Assembly (NCBI RefSeq): GCF_006345805.1
Contig: NC_043010.1
Coordinates: forward strand, 23,746,001-23,810,000
Reading direction: 5' to 3'
DNA from: Octopus sinensis
Lineage: Eukaryota
Length of the DNA: 64,000 bases
The position numbers and the translations under genes were made by a program. Positions 27,640 through 40,059 of this stretch are shown here, piece by piece; the first letter of the stretch is position 1, and each line of letters opens with the position of its first letter. Under the pieces are notes generated by a model. That model was given only the letters and a program-made list of their open reading frames with translations, did no database searches and had not been told where the DNA came from.

Positions 27640-28050
27640 TGTGAAGCCCTTGTATGACTATAGAGCCCTGTCAATGATTTGCACGTTTAAATGCATAATG
27701 CACAGCTGTGCTGGCTGGCAAAAAGAACAGCTTCCACACTATGAAATCTTCCGAGATGCCTCTTCAATCCTCAAACAAAAGGCACACCTTTCCACATGTT
27801 GCATATGTTCTGTTTTAAACAATAGCCACATCACCATTTAAAATGGGTTGATTTCTGTGAGTTGTCTAGCGGCTGACCAGGCCTGCGGGACTCAAGCATG
27901 TCCTTCCACAAATCACACGCATAAAAAGCAACATGCCCTTATTTCCCACTGCTTCATTGCTTCTACACATTCTCTTGATCTTCTCATGCTCTATTTTCTC
28001 TCTTTCAAACTTCATTCAAACTTCAGACAATCACTGTAAACGTTTTTCCT
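27640..28050 (-). mobile_element. Degraded RTE-type LINE 3' end
   Basis: Minus-strand FEREKIEHEKIKRMCR and ICGRTCLSPAGLVS / TCGKVC resemble the RTE C-terminal zinc-finger region (compare ICGTCQRECLSRIGLHNH near 54800); several stops. Confidence 0.5.
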
Positions 28051-28056
28051 CCATAC

Positions 28057-28107
<51 letters not shown>

Positions 28108-28761
28108 ATATATATATATATATATACATATATTTTTCTATGTATATATGTATGTCTGTGTGGGGGTGTATGTATATGCATATATATGTGTGTGTGTGTG
28201 TGTGTGTATACATTGATATATATATATATACATACATGTGTGTGTATATACATTTATATATATATATATATACATACATACATATGTATGCATGTATGTA
28301 TGCATTGTATTTTTAACAGTACTTATCTATAGAGAGATTTTCTCACAAACATAAATACAGCATCGTGCATTTCGATGGTTCATATAAATTTATTAGGATA
28401 CACAGATACCGATTTACTTCAGCATTATTTTTCGATCAGTTTGATGTCAGAATATCTGCAACCTCATTCCTGAATATCTACACAGAACCACGTCAAAATG
28501 TCTGCGATCAGTATTTTCTGATATAATTACAATTTTCCGGACAATTAATTTTATCCCAAAAGATTAAGAAACTTTTGTTCTAAATATTTACTTTTACATC
28601 GCCGAGTAATGAACGCTCAGTGGTGCCATTATAATGACCAGCAAGTCTTGGGCATTTTAAGACCTGATAGAGTTCATACATCTTCATGTTTGATTCCGGC
28701 AGATTTCCTCCAGGTAGAAATATAGATAGATAGATAGATAGAGAGAGATAATTAGACAGGA

Positions 28762-28822
<61 letters not shown>

Positions 28823-28874
28823 ATATATAGGTAGATAGATAGATAGATAGATAGATAAACAGACAGACATACAT

Positions 28875-28932
<58 letters not shown>

Positions 28933-29329
28933 TGAGAAACAGACAGACAGACAGACAGAGGGAGAGACCGACAGACAGATTGACAGACAGATAGAAAAGA
29001 AAATATTCTTACACTGGATACACGAAAGGATGGACGGCAGGATTTGAACACCAATTGCAGAAATCCGGAACGAATACCGCCAATGAAATAAACCAATGGT
29101 CCAGCGATTCTCTTAGTGTGCTGTACACTTTACGACATTGGATGACTGGATAGGCACACTGGAGCCATTGGCCTAGCAGTTAAGAGCATTCTTATCCTTA
29201 CTTTAGAAATAATAAAATAATCAGTAGTTGATATCTAGTCAGGCAATATGCCAGGCCCAAATATCTTTCTGAAATTTTATTTTATTTTCAACTTAGATTA
29301 TTTTGTCCGCTGAGGAATTTTTAAAAACA

Positions 29330-29620
29330 TATATCTGTAGATGTTCTCGGGTGGAATAACTCTCATTGATTGTTACTTTCTGGAGAATTCCGAGGAGGTG
29401 CAGAAATAACTTTCTCCGAGGAGGGGAGATGAGGAATTACTTCATGGAAAGTAACGAGGAGGGGGGGGCGGGAGGAATTACTTCCTGGAAACATCCGAGG
29501 ATGAGTTGGGATTACTTTCTGGAAAGTTCCGCTGAGGGAGAGAAATTACTTCTTGGAAAGTTCCGAGTAAGGGGAGGAATAATTTCCTGGAAATTTGTCT
29601 ATACAAGCCGGGAATATGCT
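29330..29620. repeat. Degenerate ~30-bp minisatellite (GAGGAATTACTTCCTGGAAAGTTCC)
   Basis: About 8 imperfect units; related to 33680-34490. Confidence 0.8.
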
Positions 29621-29697
29621 TGATTTTTACTAACTGCCAAGATCTTTTCGGATCGCACTTCTCCCTCTCTACCTCGCTCACTTACGCTGTATATATC

Positions 29698-30078
29698 GTT
29701 GTGGCACTCCGTCGGTTACGACGAGGAGGGTTCCAGTTGATCCGATCAACGGAACAGCCTATTCGTTAAATTAACTTGCAAGTAGCTGAGCACTCCACAG
29801 ACACGTGTACTCTTAACGTAGTTCTCGGGGTGATTCAACGTGACACAGAGTGTGACTATGCTGGCCCTTTGAAATACAGGTACAATAGAAACAGGAAGAA
29901 AGAATGAGAGAAAGTTGTGGTGAAAGAGTACAGCAGGGTTCACCACCATCCCTTGCCGGAGCCTCGTGGAGCTTTAGGTGTTTTCGCTCAATAAACAATC
30001 ACAACGCCCAGTCTGAGAATCGAAACCGCGATCCTACGACCGCGTGTTCGCTGCCCCAACCACTGAGCCATTGCACCT
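29698..30078 (-). mobile_element. SINE family 1
   Basis: Reverse-complement homolog of 168-480. Confidence 0.85.
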
Positions 30079-30697
30079 CCACTCTGTATATGTATGTGTG
30101 TGTATGTGTGTGTATGTGTGTGTGTGTGTGTGTGCGTGTGTGTGTATGTTTTTTTCCCTTTACCATTTTACTGACTCAGCCCCTGATTCCTATGGTAGTT
30201 TCTATAAACTGACAAAGCGATTTAGCTTAAATTCTTTCAGCTAAAAAACACCATAGAGGATGGAAAATCACGCCTGTAATTAAAGCCTTTCACAGGTTCA
30301 ACTAAGTTCTATTCTTCTTCCCCTCACAACGGACTTAACGAACAGAGAACCTAACTATAATGTAAAACTTTCAAACCTTTGATCATTTTCTTTTCCGATG
30401 TATCCCTCTACCTTTCGCTCTTCTCTACTTCCGATTTTTTCGTTCTGATGATGTCTACCATATTTACGAGGCCAAAATATAAATATATATTTTCATCACC
30501 ATTTTAAGACCTGATAGAGTTCATACATCTTCATGTTTGATTCCGGCAGATTTCCTCCAGATAGAAATATAGATAGATAGATATATAGAAACGATCGTAA
30601 GCTCCCTTTCGCTCTCATCTTTCTTAACTAATTAAATAATGGCTTCCTAGCGCAAAAGATACACTTCTTATTGTTGTTTTTCCTCCATTTTCTTATC

Positions 30698-30747
<50 letters not shown>

Positions 30748-30764
30748 TGAATAAGGGTAGAAAT

Positions 30765-31295
30765 TGATATTAATCAATTAAAACCAGTGGCCTAGCATAT
30801 TAAAAAAATCTGAAGATTAAAATATTTTTACATACAAAATTTAAATGACTGACCATTAACAGTGGACGGTCAACATGCTAGGTATAGACGTCAAATCGCA
30901 GAGCAACTCTTGAGAGTCAACGGCCATCCAATAAATGTCTTAAGGCTGTATCATACGCGGGGACATAGAAATAATCGGACTAAATACCCGATCGCGCGGT
31001 TAAACCATTGGGAGTGAAGGACTCCCAGCCTTTGTTAGGGCATCCTTCTAGGAGAAGGTAACTTAGGTAACTGGGATAACTCCGACATAAAACCTGCGAC
31101 TCAGTGGTTACCGATGATGTTGACTTGTTCTTCTTTTCGGATTATGGCTGCTGTTGCTTAGTGAGTGGGATTGACTCAGTGCACAGCCTTTCCTCACTTT
31201 AAAAACAAATCTTCTTGCACAGGCATTGTACGATAATAACATTGATTAAGCTTCGTGCAATGGCCATACTCGATAATGAGGGGGCAGCCACCACC
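30765..31295. repeat. Interspersed repeat of uncertain class between (TA)n tracts
   Basis: Contains GGGCATCCTTCTAGGAGAAGGTAAC, reminiscent of RTE-type 5' regions; the class is recalled, not verified. Confidence 0.35.
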
Positions 31296-31452
31296 ATATA
31301 TATAGATAAACAATTCATAAGTAAGGGCAAAAGAAAACATTTCTAATGCCAAAATATGCCGAAAATAGACACAATGTCAATAACTATGTAATTTATCACT
31401 ACAAACACGTGTCTCGAAGAAAGCTGACAGAAATTTCTAAAAAATCTCGTTA

Positions 31453-31513
31453 TTACCATATCGGACCCGATTTCAGAGTTAGTTTATAAGAACCTTCCCT
31501 TCATCAGTGATAA
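31453..31513 (-). ncRNA. Minimal type I hammerhead ribozyme (family C), intact core
   Basis: TTATCA / CTGATGA / AGGG..CTCT / GAAA / TCGG-GT-CCGA-T / A / TGGTAA: stems I, II and III pair, all core nucleotides are present, cleavage triplet AUA. Confidence 0.7.
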
Positions 31514-31829
31514 ATGCGGCAAAGAAATAAATGAAATACTTACTTATACCCACGGAAGAAGTGAACACTAAGTCATGAGCACGATTAAGTACCACAAATA
31601 TATCCAAAATAGAAACTCTCTAGCCTATCTCGAGACACGTGAGATTCGAACGGAAGTGAACACTATTAAATTAACATCTAATTTAGGATAAAATCTTTCG
31701 AAAAAAATCTATCAATGGCCAACATATTAAGAAATTCCTTTAAAGGTTAAATTTATCAACAATTTATAAGTAAGGGCAAAAGAGCTAGCACATACATCAC
31801 TGCCACCGCCACCGCCACAGCTACCGTCA

Positions 31830-32150
31830 CATTAACAAGCATTACAACTACGATTATCACCATAATTAATACATGAACTAGCAATAAAGGCACAAGTCCG
31901 GGAAAGATTGTTTACGGAAGGCCAGCTGTCACCCGCGCCAGTCTCCTTCTCCGTGCCGCCGATGATATCCAAGGGAGAGGCAAAGGCCGATACAGCTTGT
32001 TCGCAATTCATTTCTGCAGTTGCATGAACTGGAGCAACGAGAAATAAAATGACTTGCTCAAAAACACAACACACAGTCCGGTCAAGAATTCGAACTCACA
32101 ACCTCATGATTGTGAGCCCGGCGCCTCTAACCACTGAGCCATGCGCCTTC
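31830..32150 (-). mobile_element. tRNA-derived SINE (family 5)
   Basis: Minus-strand head GGCGCATGGCTCAGTGGTTAGAG and B-box GAGTTCGAATTC; body differs from families 1-4. Confidence 0.65.
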
Positions 32151-32199
32151 ACTATCGTTTTGAATATGATGCCTGCGAGTCAGAGTCACAATTAATACC

Positions 32200-32687
32200 A
32201 GTAATTCCTCCACCAACGCAATCAATTCCTCCATCACCACCAACATCGCAGTCATCACTCTTTCCACCAACAATTCTCCATCATAATTTACACAATCAAC
32301 ACCGCTGCTTAGTTTTCATCAGCCCCACCACCACCACCACCACCGTCGTCCTCACCACCATCACCGTCTCCATCACTGCCGTCACCACCATGGCCATCTC
32401 CTCCAAACCCGCGCCACTTCTGTCAGTGTAACTATTGCACATTTTCAATTCCACGCTCCATTAACTTATTATCGAGACGAGAGGCAGTGTTCAGGTTTAA
32501 TTTTCTTTGATACGATGATGAAAAGTAACAGCATCCTCAGCGCCGGCGACGTCGTCGTCGTCATCATAATAATTGTCAGCATCAGGATAAACAACATCAT
32601 CATCATCGTAAGCATTATCGTTATCATTATGATATCATCATCATCATCAACATTGCCATCATTAGGATAATTAACATCGTCATTAGA

Positions 32688-32728
<41 letters not shown>

Positions 32729-32980
32729 AATCGTCGTCGTCGTCATGATCACCATCACCACCATCACCACCACCACAACCACTACTACTATCATCACTAT
32801 CCTCTCCTCCTTGATATCATCATCATCATCATCATTATCACCACCGTTGTGGTCGTCATTGACATCAGAATCACCATCAGCAAACAACCACCATCATGAA
32901 TATCATCGCCATCCTCATCGTCATTATCTGTAGCAGCAACAGCATCCGCTTCATCGTTATCGTCCGTTCTCATCATAATC
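32200..32980. repeat. (CAT/CAC)-rich low-complexity tract
   Basis: Cryptic trinucleotide repeats. Confidence 0.85.
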
Positions 32981-33251
32981 ATATTTAACGCTACACAGAA
33001 ACACGCACACACAGAGACACACCCACAGATATAAACACATGCACAGACATATACAGGCCCGTGAATACATACAGAATGCCAAACATGAACTCACTCTTAC
33101 ACAAACACACACAAACACACACACACAGTCGTTTACAATACGTAAATATACACGCACAGCTGATCTCATTAAATTCCACACAAACACATCATGTTCTCAT
33201 TTGTTGCTTTATAAAATCGTCCAGTTATATTTTCACTTCAAACTTACACAC

Positions 33252-33299
<48 letters not shown>

Positions 33300-33371
33300 A
33301 ACAGATATATACACCATACATATACATGTGCAGACACATACTTCTAAATGCGTACATACACATATTTTACA

Positions 33372-33520
33372 TGCAGGAACAGCAGTGGTTGTGAGACAAG
33401 AAGCTTGCTTACCAACCACATGGTTCTGGGTCAGTTCCACTGCGTGGTACCTTGTACAAGTGTCTTCTATTATAGACTCGGAACAACCAAAGCCTTATGA
33501 GTGAATTTGGATGTCGGAGC
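33372..33520 (+). mobile_element. SINE family 3, 5' half
   Basis: GCTTGCTTACCAACCACATGG...CCAAAGCCTTATGAGTG; a matching 3' half lies at 34640-34870. Confidence 0.75.
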
Positions 33521-33679
33521 TTTTATGTGTGCGTGTGTGCGTATGTTCCTTATGCATACAAAAACTGAGTTGGCGTTTTTGACGTATGTGATATCAAAAT
33601 TAAACTAAACTATAATTTCATTCATTTCTTTGCATTACAAAAATTTAAGACTATTATTTTTCTTCCTAGGATACGTCCA

Positions 33680-34490
33680 AATTTGTGGAACTTCCTGGAA
33701 ATGTTCGAGGATAAGGCAATGTAAGGCAACTTCCTGGGAAAGTCAAAGGGTAAGGCAACTTAAGACAACTTGCTGGAAACGTTCCAGGATGGGGAATATC
33801 CTGGGAAAGTCCGAGGATGAGGCAAGTCCGAGAACGGGGTACCTCCTGGAAATGTCCGAGGAAAAGCAACTTAAGACAACGTACTGGAAAGTCCGATGAT
33901 CGGGAACTACCTGGAAAAGTCCGAGGGTGGGAACATTCCTGGAATAGTTCGGATATCGGGAACTCCCTGTGAATGCCCGAGGATTAGGCAATTTAAGGCA
34001 ACATTGTGGACACGTCCAAGAACGGGAACTTCCTGGGAAAAGTACGACGATGGAGAACTTCCTGGAAAAGTTCGAGGATAACACAACTTAAGGCAACTTG
34101 AGGCAACTTCCTAGAATAGTCCAAAGATGAGGCAACTTGAGGCAACTTCGCGAAGTATTCCGAAGATGTGGTTCTTCCTGGAAAAGTCAATGGTTAAGGC
34201 AATTTAAAGTAATTTCATGCAACTCCTAGAAAAGTCCCAGGACGGGGATTTCCTCAAATAATCCGGGGATGGGGTATTTCCTGGAAAAGTCCGGGGAGAA
34301 TGCAACTTGGGTCAACTACGTGGAAAAGTCCGAGACAGGGAACTTCCTGGGAAAGTCCTAGAATGAGGAACTTCTTTGAAGATCCGATGATAAGGCAACT
34401 TAAGGCAACTTCCCGAACAATTGCGAGGATGCGAGAACATTCTGGAGGATTTAGGCACCGGGAAAGTCTGAGTTTCCAAGCAACGGAACT
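33680..34490. repeat. Degenerate 28/39-bp minisatellite (ACTTCCTGGAAAAGTCCGAGGAT[AAGGCAACTT]n)
   Basis: About 20 imperfect units; TTCCTGGAA at 33692, 33936, 34059, 34175 and 34278; TTCCTAGAA at 34108. Confidence 0.85.
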
Positions 34491-34542
34491 TTGATTCGTG
34501 GGTTTTTTCTTTCCCAGGTTATTTTGTATCTATGTATGTATG

Positions 34543-34638
<96 letters not shown>

Positions 34639-34639
34639 T

Positions 34640-34870
34640 ATGTGTTTGTGTGTCTGTGTTTGTGTGTCTGTGTTTGTCCTCCCACCTTCGCATCACAACC
34701 GATGTTGGAGTGTTAACGGCCCCTCAACTTAGCAGTTCTGCAAAAGAGACCGCTAGAATAAATATTATGCTTACAAAGAATAAGTCCTGAGGTCGTTTTG
34801 TTGGATTAAAGGCAGTGCACCAGCCTGGTCGCAGGCAAATGACTGAAACAAGTGAAAGAATAAAAGAAAA
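34640..34870 (+). mobile_element. SINE family 3, 3' half
   Basis: Matches 11075-11288, including the tail. Confidence 0.8.
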
Positions 34871-35030
34871 ACTAAATACATATACATATAAAACGCATAC
34901 ATACACATACAAATACGTACATGTTCATATACATACAAATACATACATAAACATATATGCATATATATATATATATATATATACATACAAACACACAGAA
35001 ACCCATACGCATACATACATATACATACAA

Positions 35031-35065
<35 letters not shown>

Positions 35066-35143
35066 TTCAAACATACATACACCGTACATATACATACATA
35101 CACACAAACACATGCCTACATATATATATACATATAAATATAT

Positions 35144-35195
<52 letters not shown>

Positions 35196-35829
35196 TGTGT
35201 GTGCGCGTGCGTATGTGGGTGTGTGTGTATACACAGATATACATCCACAACCCATACATATAAACACCATACATATACATACAAAGACATGTATACATGG
35301 TCAAAAGCCTGTGGCAAAGCCCATTTTCCGTTTTGGTTACATTAGCATTATATGGTATTGTCACATTGAACCAACTGCGTAATTCTAGCTGCAACATAAT
35401 AACGGTTAATTGTTGTCTTTTCGTAGCTAATCCAATAATAACATAATCAGTGCAACCAATTAAATAAATTTGTCGATATAGTGCATACCGATTAATTAGT
35501 CGCATTCTCATTTTAATGGTATTTTATTAGATAGAGCGAGAAAAATACAAAACGTGAGTGCACAATGTGTAACCTTAATTAGGACTAGAATGAAGCAAAT
35601 ACATGTTACGTATCAATTAGGGTCGCCCATACAAGACGTAAGCAGAACGCTCTAATGCTATCGTAACACAAAATTATTTACGTTAGGAATCTGCATCGTC
35701 TGCTTTTGTAACATCACCACCAACAGTTCGTATGCTACGCAGGTTATTCCTCTCTATCGATGTGTATAACATTATGAGTATAGAAATAGTGAACAACATC
35801 ATAGCTTCATACTGTGTGAACTGAGAACC

Positions 35830-36369
35830 AGAAATTTTGGAGGAAAGGGGTGTCGATTACATCGACACCAGTGTCCAACTGGTATTTATTTTATCGACAC
35901 AGAAATACAGACGAAATACCTATTTCTTTACTACCTACAAGGAGCTAAACACAGAGAGGACAAACAAGGACAGACAAACGGATTAAGTCGATTATATTGA
36001 CATCAATGCGTAACTGGTACTTAATTTATCGACCCCGAAAGGATGAAAGGTAAAGTCAACCTCGGCGGAATTTGAACTCAGAACGTAAAAACGAGCGAAG
36101 CACCGCTAAGCATTTCGCCAGGCGGGCTAACGATTCTTATTTCTGTATTGCCCACATGGGGCTAAACATAGAGGGGACAAACAAGAACAGACAAAGCGAT
36201 TAAGTCGATTACATCGACACCAGTGCGTAACTGGTACTTAATTTATCGACCCCGAAAGAATGAAAAGCAAAGTCGACCTCGGCGGAATTTGAACTCAGAA
36301 CGTAGCGGCAGACGAAGCACCGCTAAGCATTTCGTCCGGCGTGCTAACGATTCTGTCATCTTGCCGCCT
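35830..36369 (-). mobile_element. Three tandem SINE family 2 copies
   Basis: Repeated cores; tail A at about 35925 and 36140. Confidence 0.85.
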
Positions 36370-37300
36370 TCACAACAGACTGCTGACATTAAATAATTTA
36401 TCAAAAACTTATGTTATGCAAATTAGTTGCTCCCTTTCTCTGTAGCAACTGGATATGTTGTGTATATAAACAGAATGACAGCTTATTACTCTGGAGTTGA
36501 TTAAATTGTTGTACACATCTACGATGAGAACTCCATAGGGTTACAAAATCCGTAAAGGCTGTACATCACAGATGTAGTTATTTTTCTTTTCGTTAATCTT
36601 CGGAGAAATTGTTAAATTTATTTTATTTCGTTGTTATATCAGCTACAGGGGCTTTTGTGCTACGGAACACAGAGCTATGTCCAGAAAGCTGCCATACATG
36701 TGTTTCGATCTGATTTGGCTTTCTCAGTGGCGAGTAACTCGGATGCCCTGGGCCAAGCCGAAAAGTTCTTGTTTACAGAAATCGTTAAGCAAATACCTTT
36801 ACTGATTTGTGTTGCAATCTAGCCAAGCTTGCTTCCTATAATTACTTGCTTATAATGGGTCATCGAAGCTGATGGCGCCTCCAACACATTATTTTTAGTG
36901 AGAGCAGACGTGGTTGAAAAGAGTGATAAGAAATAGGCAGAACCTGTGTTACTGATGACACAAAGTGACTCCAAACAACAGCCACGGGGTTTGATGTTGA
37001 CGACTCCTTCTCTCAGGCTAGAATTATCTTTAGCATTTAAAGCGGCCACATCCGTCCACAATTCTCCAGAATTGATCTCACACCAACCCAATATCATTCT
37101 AAAATAATTAGTAGGTACCTCATCCAAATCTCATAGCTATTAGATAATGTATGATTAATTTAGAAAAACAATGTGAATAAATAAGCATTGCGTTTGATAA
37201 ATTAATCTGAATGCTAAGCGGTTAATAAACGCACTTGAAACAAGCTTAGATTAAAATCCGGCGTGTCTAACATAATGTATATATAAAAAAAAGTGGAACA

Positions 37301-37665
37301 GTCGTGGTGCTCCGTCGGTAACGACGACGAGGATTCCAGTTGATCCGATCAACGGAACAGCCTACTCGTGAAATTAACATTCAAGCGGCTAAGCATTCCA
37401 TAGACACGTCTACCCTTAACGTAGTTCTGGGGGAGATTCTGTGTGACAGAGAGTGTGACAAGGCTGGCCCCTTTGAAATACAGGTATAACAGAAAGCAGG
37501 AGAGACAGTTGTGGTGAAAGAGTACAGCAGGGTTCGCCACACCCGCTGCCGGGGCCTCGTGGAGCTTTAGGTGTTTTCGCTCAATAAACACTCACAGCAC
37601 CAGGTCAGGGAATCGAAACCGCAATCCTACGTCCACGAGTCCGCTGCCCTAACCACTGAGACATT
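37301..37665 (-). mobile_element. SINE family 1
   Basis: Closely matches 29698-30078. Confidence 0.85.
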
Positions 37666-38821
37666 GCTTATCCACAAGTGGAACAGTACTATCAGTTATA
37701 TGTCTTATTCTCAAATAGACTTTATTGTTAAAAATACCAGGGTTTGCTCAGAACACCGATCAATGAGTGGCTAGATGGATTGATGAGAGAATAGGTGTTT
37801 ATAAACATATGAGTGTGTGTATGTTAGTAATGATGGATCTTCGTTCGTTGGCGACGAGCATTCAGTCGTTCGAACAACGGAATTACCTGAAATGGTCGCT
37901 GTCTGTTGGATCTGTGAGTAGAAATGGTAGACAGATAACCAGTTCAAAGAACCAGATACCATTCTAGTAATGATGGAACTACAACAACGATGATAACAAC
38001 AACAGGTTTTGTAGAATTATTTCAGAAATCAATGCTTCCATTTCTGAACTCTGCTCCTTCAAAAGACCGGTAGGAATAGAATATTGACGGAACAGTTCTT
38101 TGTTGTATTTCACGATGTCAGCCAGGCATATGATCAAAGATTTTCCAACCACAATGACCACGCCATCATATTTTAAAGGCGTAAGTCTATCTAAGACTAC
38201 ATTATCGAATATGTGCTTTTCTTTCTTTCATTTTATTTAAATTTTTTTTAAATATTTTTTAGCGTTAACGTGTGATTTTTGGAAGATTTTGGTGATATTA
38301 CCAACAACCACGAACAAACTCCATTCGTTGGCTCACCAAACATACAGTTTATTTTCAGGCCGGAAATTGTGATTCTGTAAAGTATTTCTCTTTATATATT
38401 TTTATATTTTTTATATTTTACAGTTACTGATTTTAGTCATTGGACTATGGCACCGTCTTCAAAGTGATTTCTCTTTATTTATTTATTTATATATTTATAT
38501 ATTTATATATTTAATTATTTATTTATTGTAGATTATATCGACCACGCTATTTATTTCAGACGGTGCCATATTTAATCATTGTATATTAGTCTAAACGCTG
38601 TTTTTATGGCTTTCTTTTTTTCACGCAGCATTCGCTTTTACACTAGTAAACAAAAACAAAAAAAAACATGCACATAACCACAATAACATAAAAAAGAGAA
38701 CACACACGCACACACACATAAAGATACATACGTACACTCAGACAGGTATATGAACATACATATGTACATATGCATATACATATATCTATCTATATATATA
38801 TATATGTGTGTATATATATAT

Positions 38822-39048
38822 ACCGGAGTAAACACATAAATGTGAAACAAGGTGGAAAAAAGAGTACTCAAATACCAGTGGTAGAGTAATATGCTTTATT
38901 TAAAGCAGCAGAAAATTCATCAAAACCTGTTACTCTGAGTTTCACGTTGCCGTTCATCGGACAGTTTTTGCTAGCAAAAACTGTCCGATGAACGGCAACG
39001 TGAAACTCAGAGTAACAGATTTTGTTGAATTTTCTGCTGCTTTAAATA
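38822..39048. mobile_element. Penelope-like terminal repeat (family A), head-to-head palindrome
   Basis: 152-bp palindrome at 38897-39048 centred on TTTTTGCTAGCAAAAA; hammerhead-like motif on each arm. Confidence 0.65.
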
Positions 39049-39079
39049 TATATATATAATATATATATATATAATATAT

Positions 39080-39124
<45 letters not shown>

Positions 39125-39158
39125 TATACATACATAAACATATATACATATATACATC

Positions 39159-39198
<40 letters not shown>

Positions 39199-39314
39199 CT
39201 AAAGACTTGTTTTATTTATATTTCCTGAGCGCCATACTGATACAATTGTTCGTTTGTTTTCCACCTGCCTTCGTCTTTTGTTTATTTTCATAAAGCTTCC
39301 CGTTATATATATAT

Positions 39315-39348
<34 letters not shown>

Positions 39349-40059
39349 ATAAGCACATATACACCTCATCACACACACACGCACCACAACACACGCACAT
39401 ACGCAGACACAAAGACATGCGCGCGCATACACACATACAAACGCGCTCTCACACATATGTATGTATGTATATATATATACATGTACGTGTGTATGTGTGT
39501 GCAAATATACGTCGACGCACACATACAATGTACACACGTACAGGGACACACACACAGAGATGCATGCATACACACATGCGAATACACGTACATACATACA
39601 CATACATACACAAGTACACGCACACACACACACAAACGACCAGTTTCTGCATATTTTTTATCTGCAATATTCCACTGAAAAATAAGACACTTTCGATTCG
39701 GCCTCATGCGAGAAAACCATTTCGGACAAAGAACGTGAATGCCAAGAATTTAAAACAGATTTTTGACATCTCGAGATTTTTATCAATTCACTTCATTTTA
39801 TCTGTTACTTGGCTCAGTCATTAACCTGCGGCCATGCAGGTTAAAGAAATTTTAGGCGAAAGAACAGTACCAAATAGTAATGTAATTTTTTTTTTGGGGG
39901 GGGGGGAGATTTTTTTTATATGATCTGTTACTCATTCTACAATTCGCTTTTGCCGACCTGCTAACTGACCAGCATCAGTGGAGACAAACAAAGACGCCAA
40001 AACCGGACGCGCGCGCGCGCACACACGCTCGCACACATACACCCACACATATACTCTTT

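Noticed and set aside
33680-34490. CRISPR-like repeat-spacer appearance
   Set aside because: Eukaryotic context, degenerate units, no unique constant-length spacers and no cas genes.
36630-37120. Possible cadherin-like (TATGFDVDD..ARIIFSI*SG) or Cys-rich (CPESCHTC) exon
   Set aside because: Short motifs with in-frame stops in every frame; resemblance is within chance without a search.
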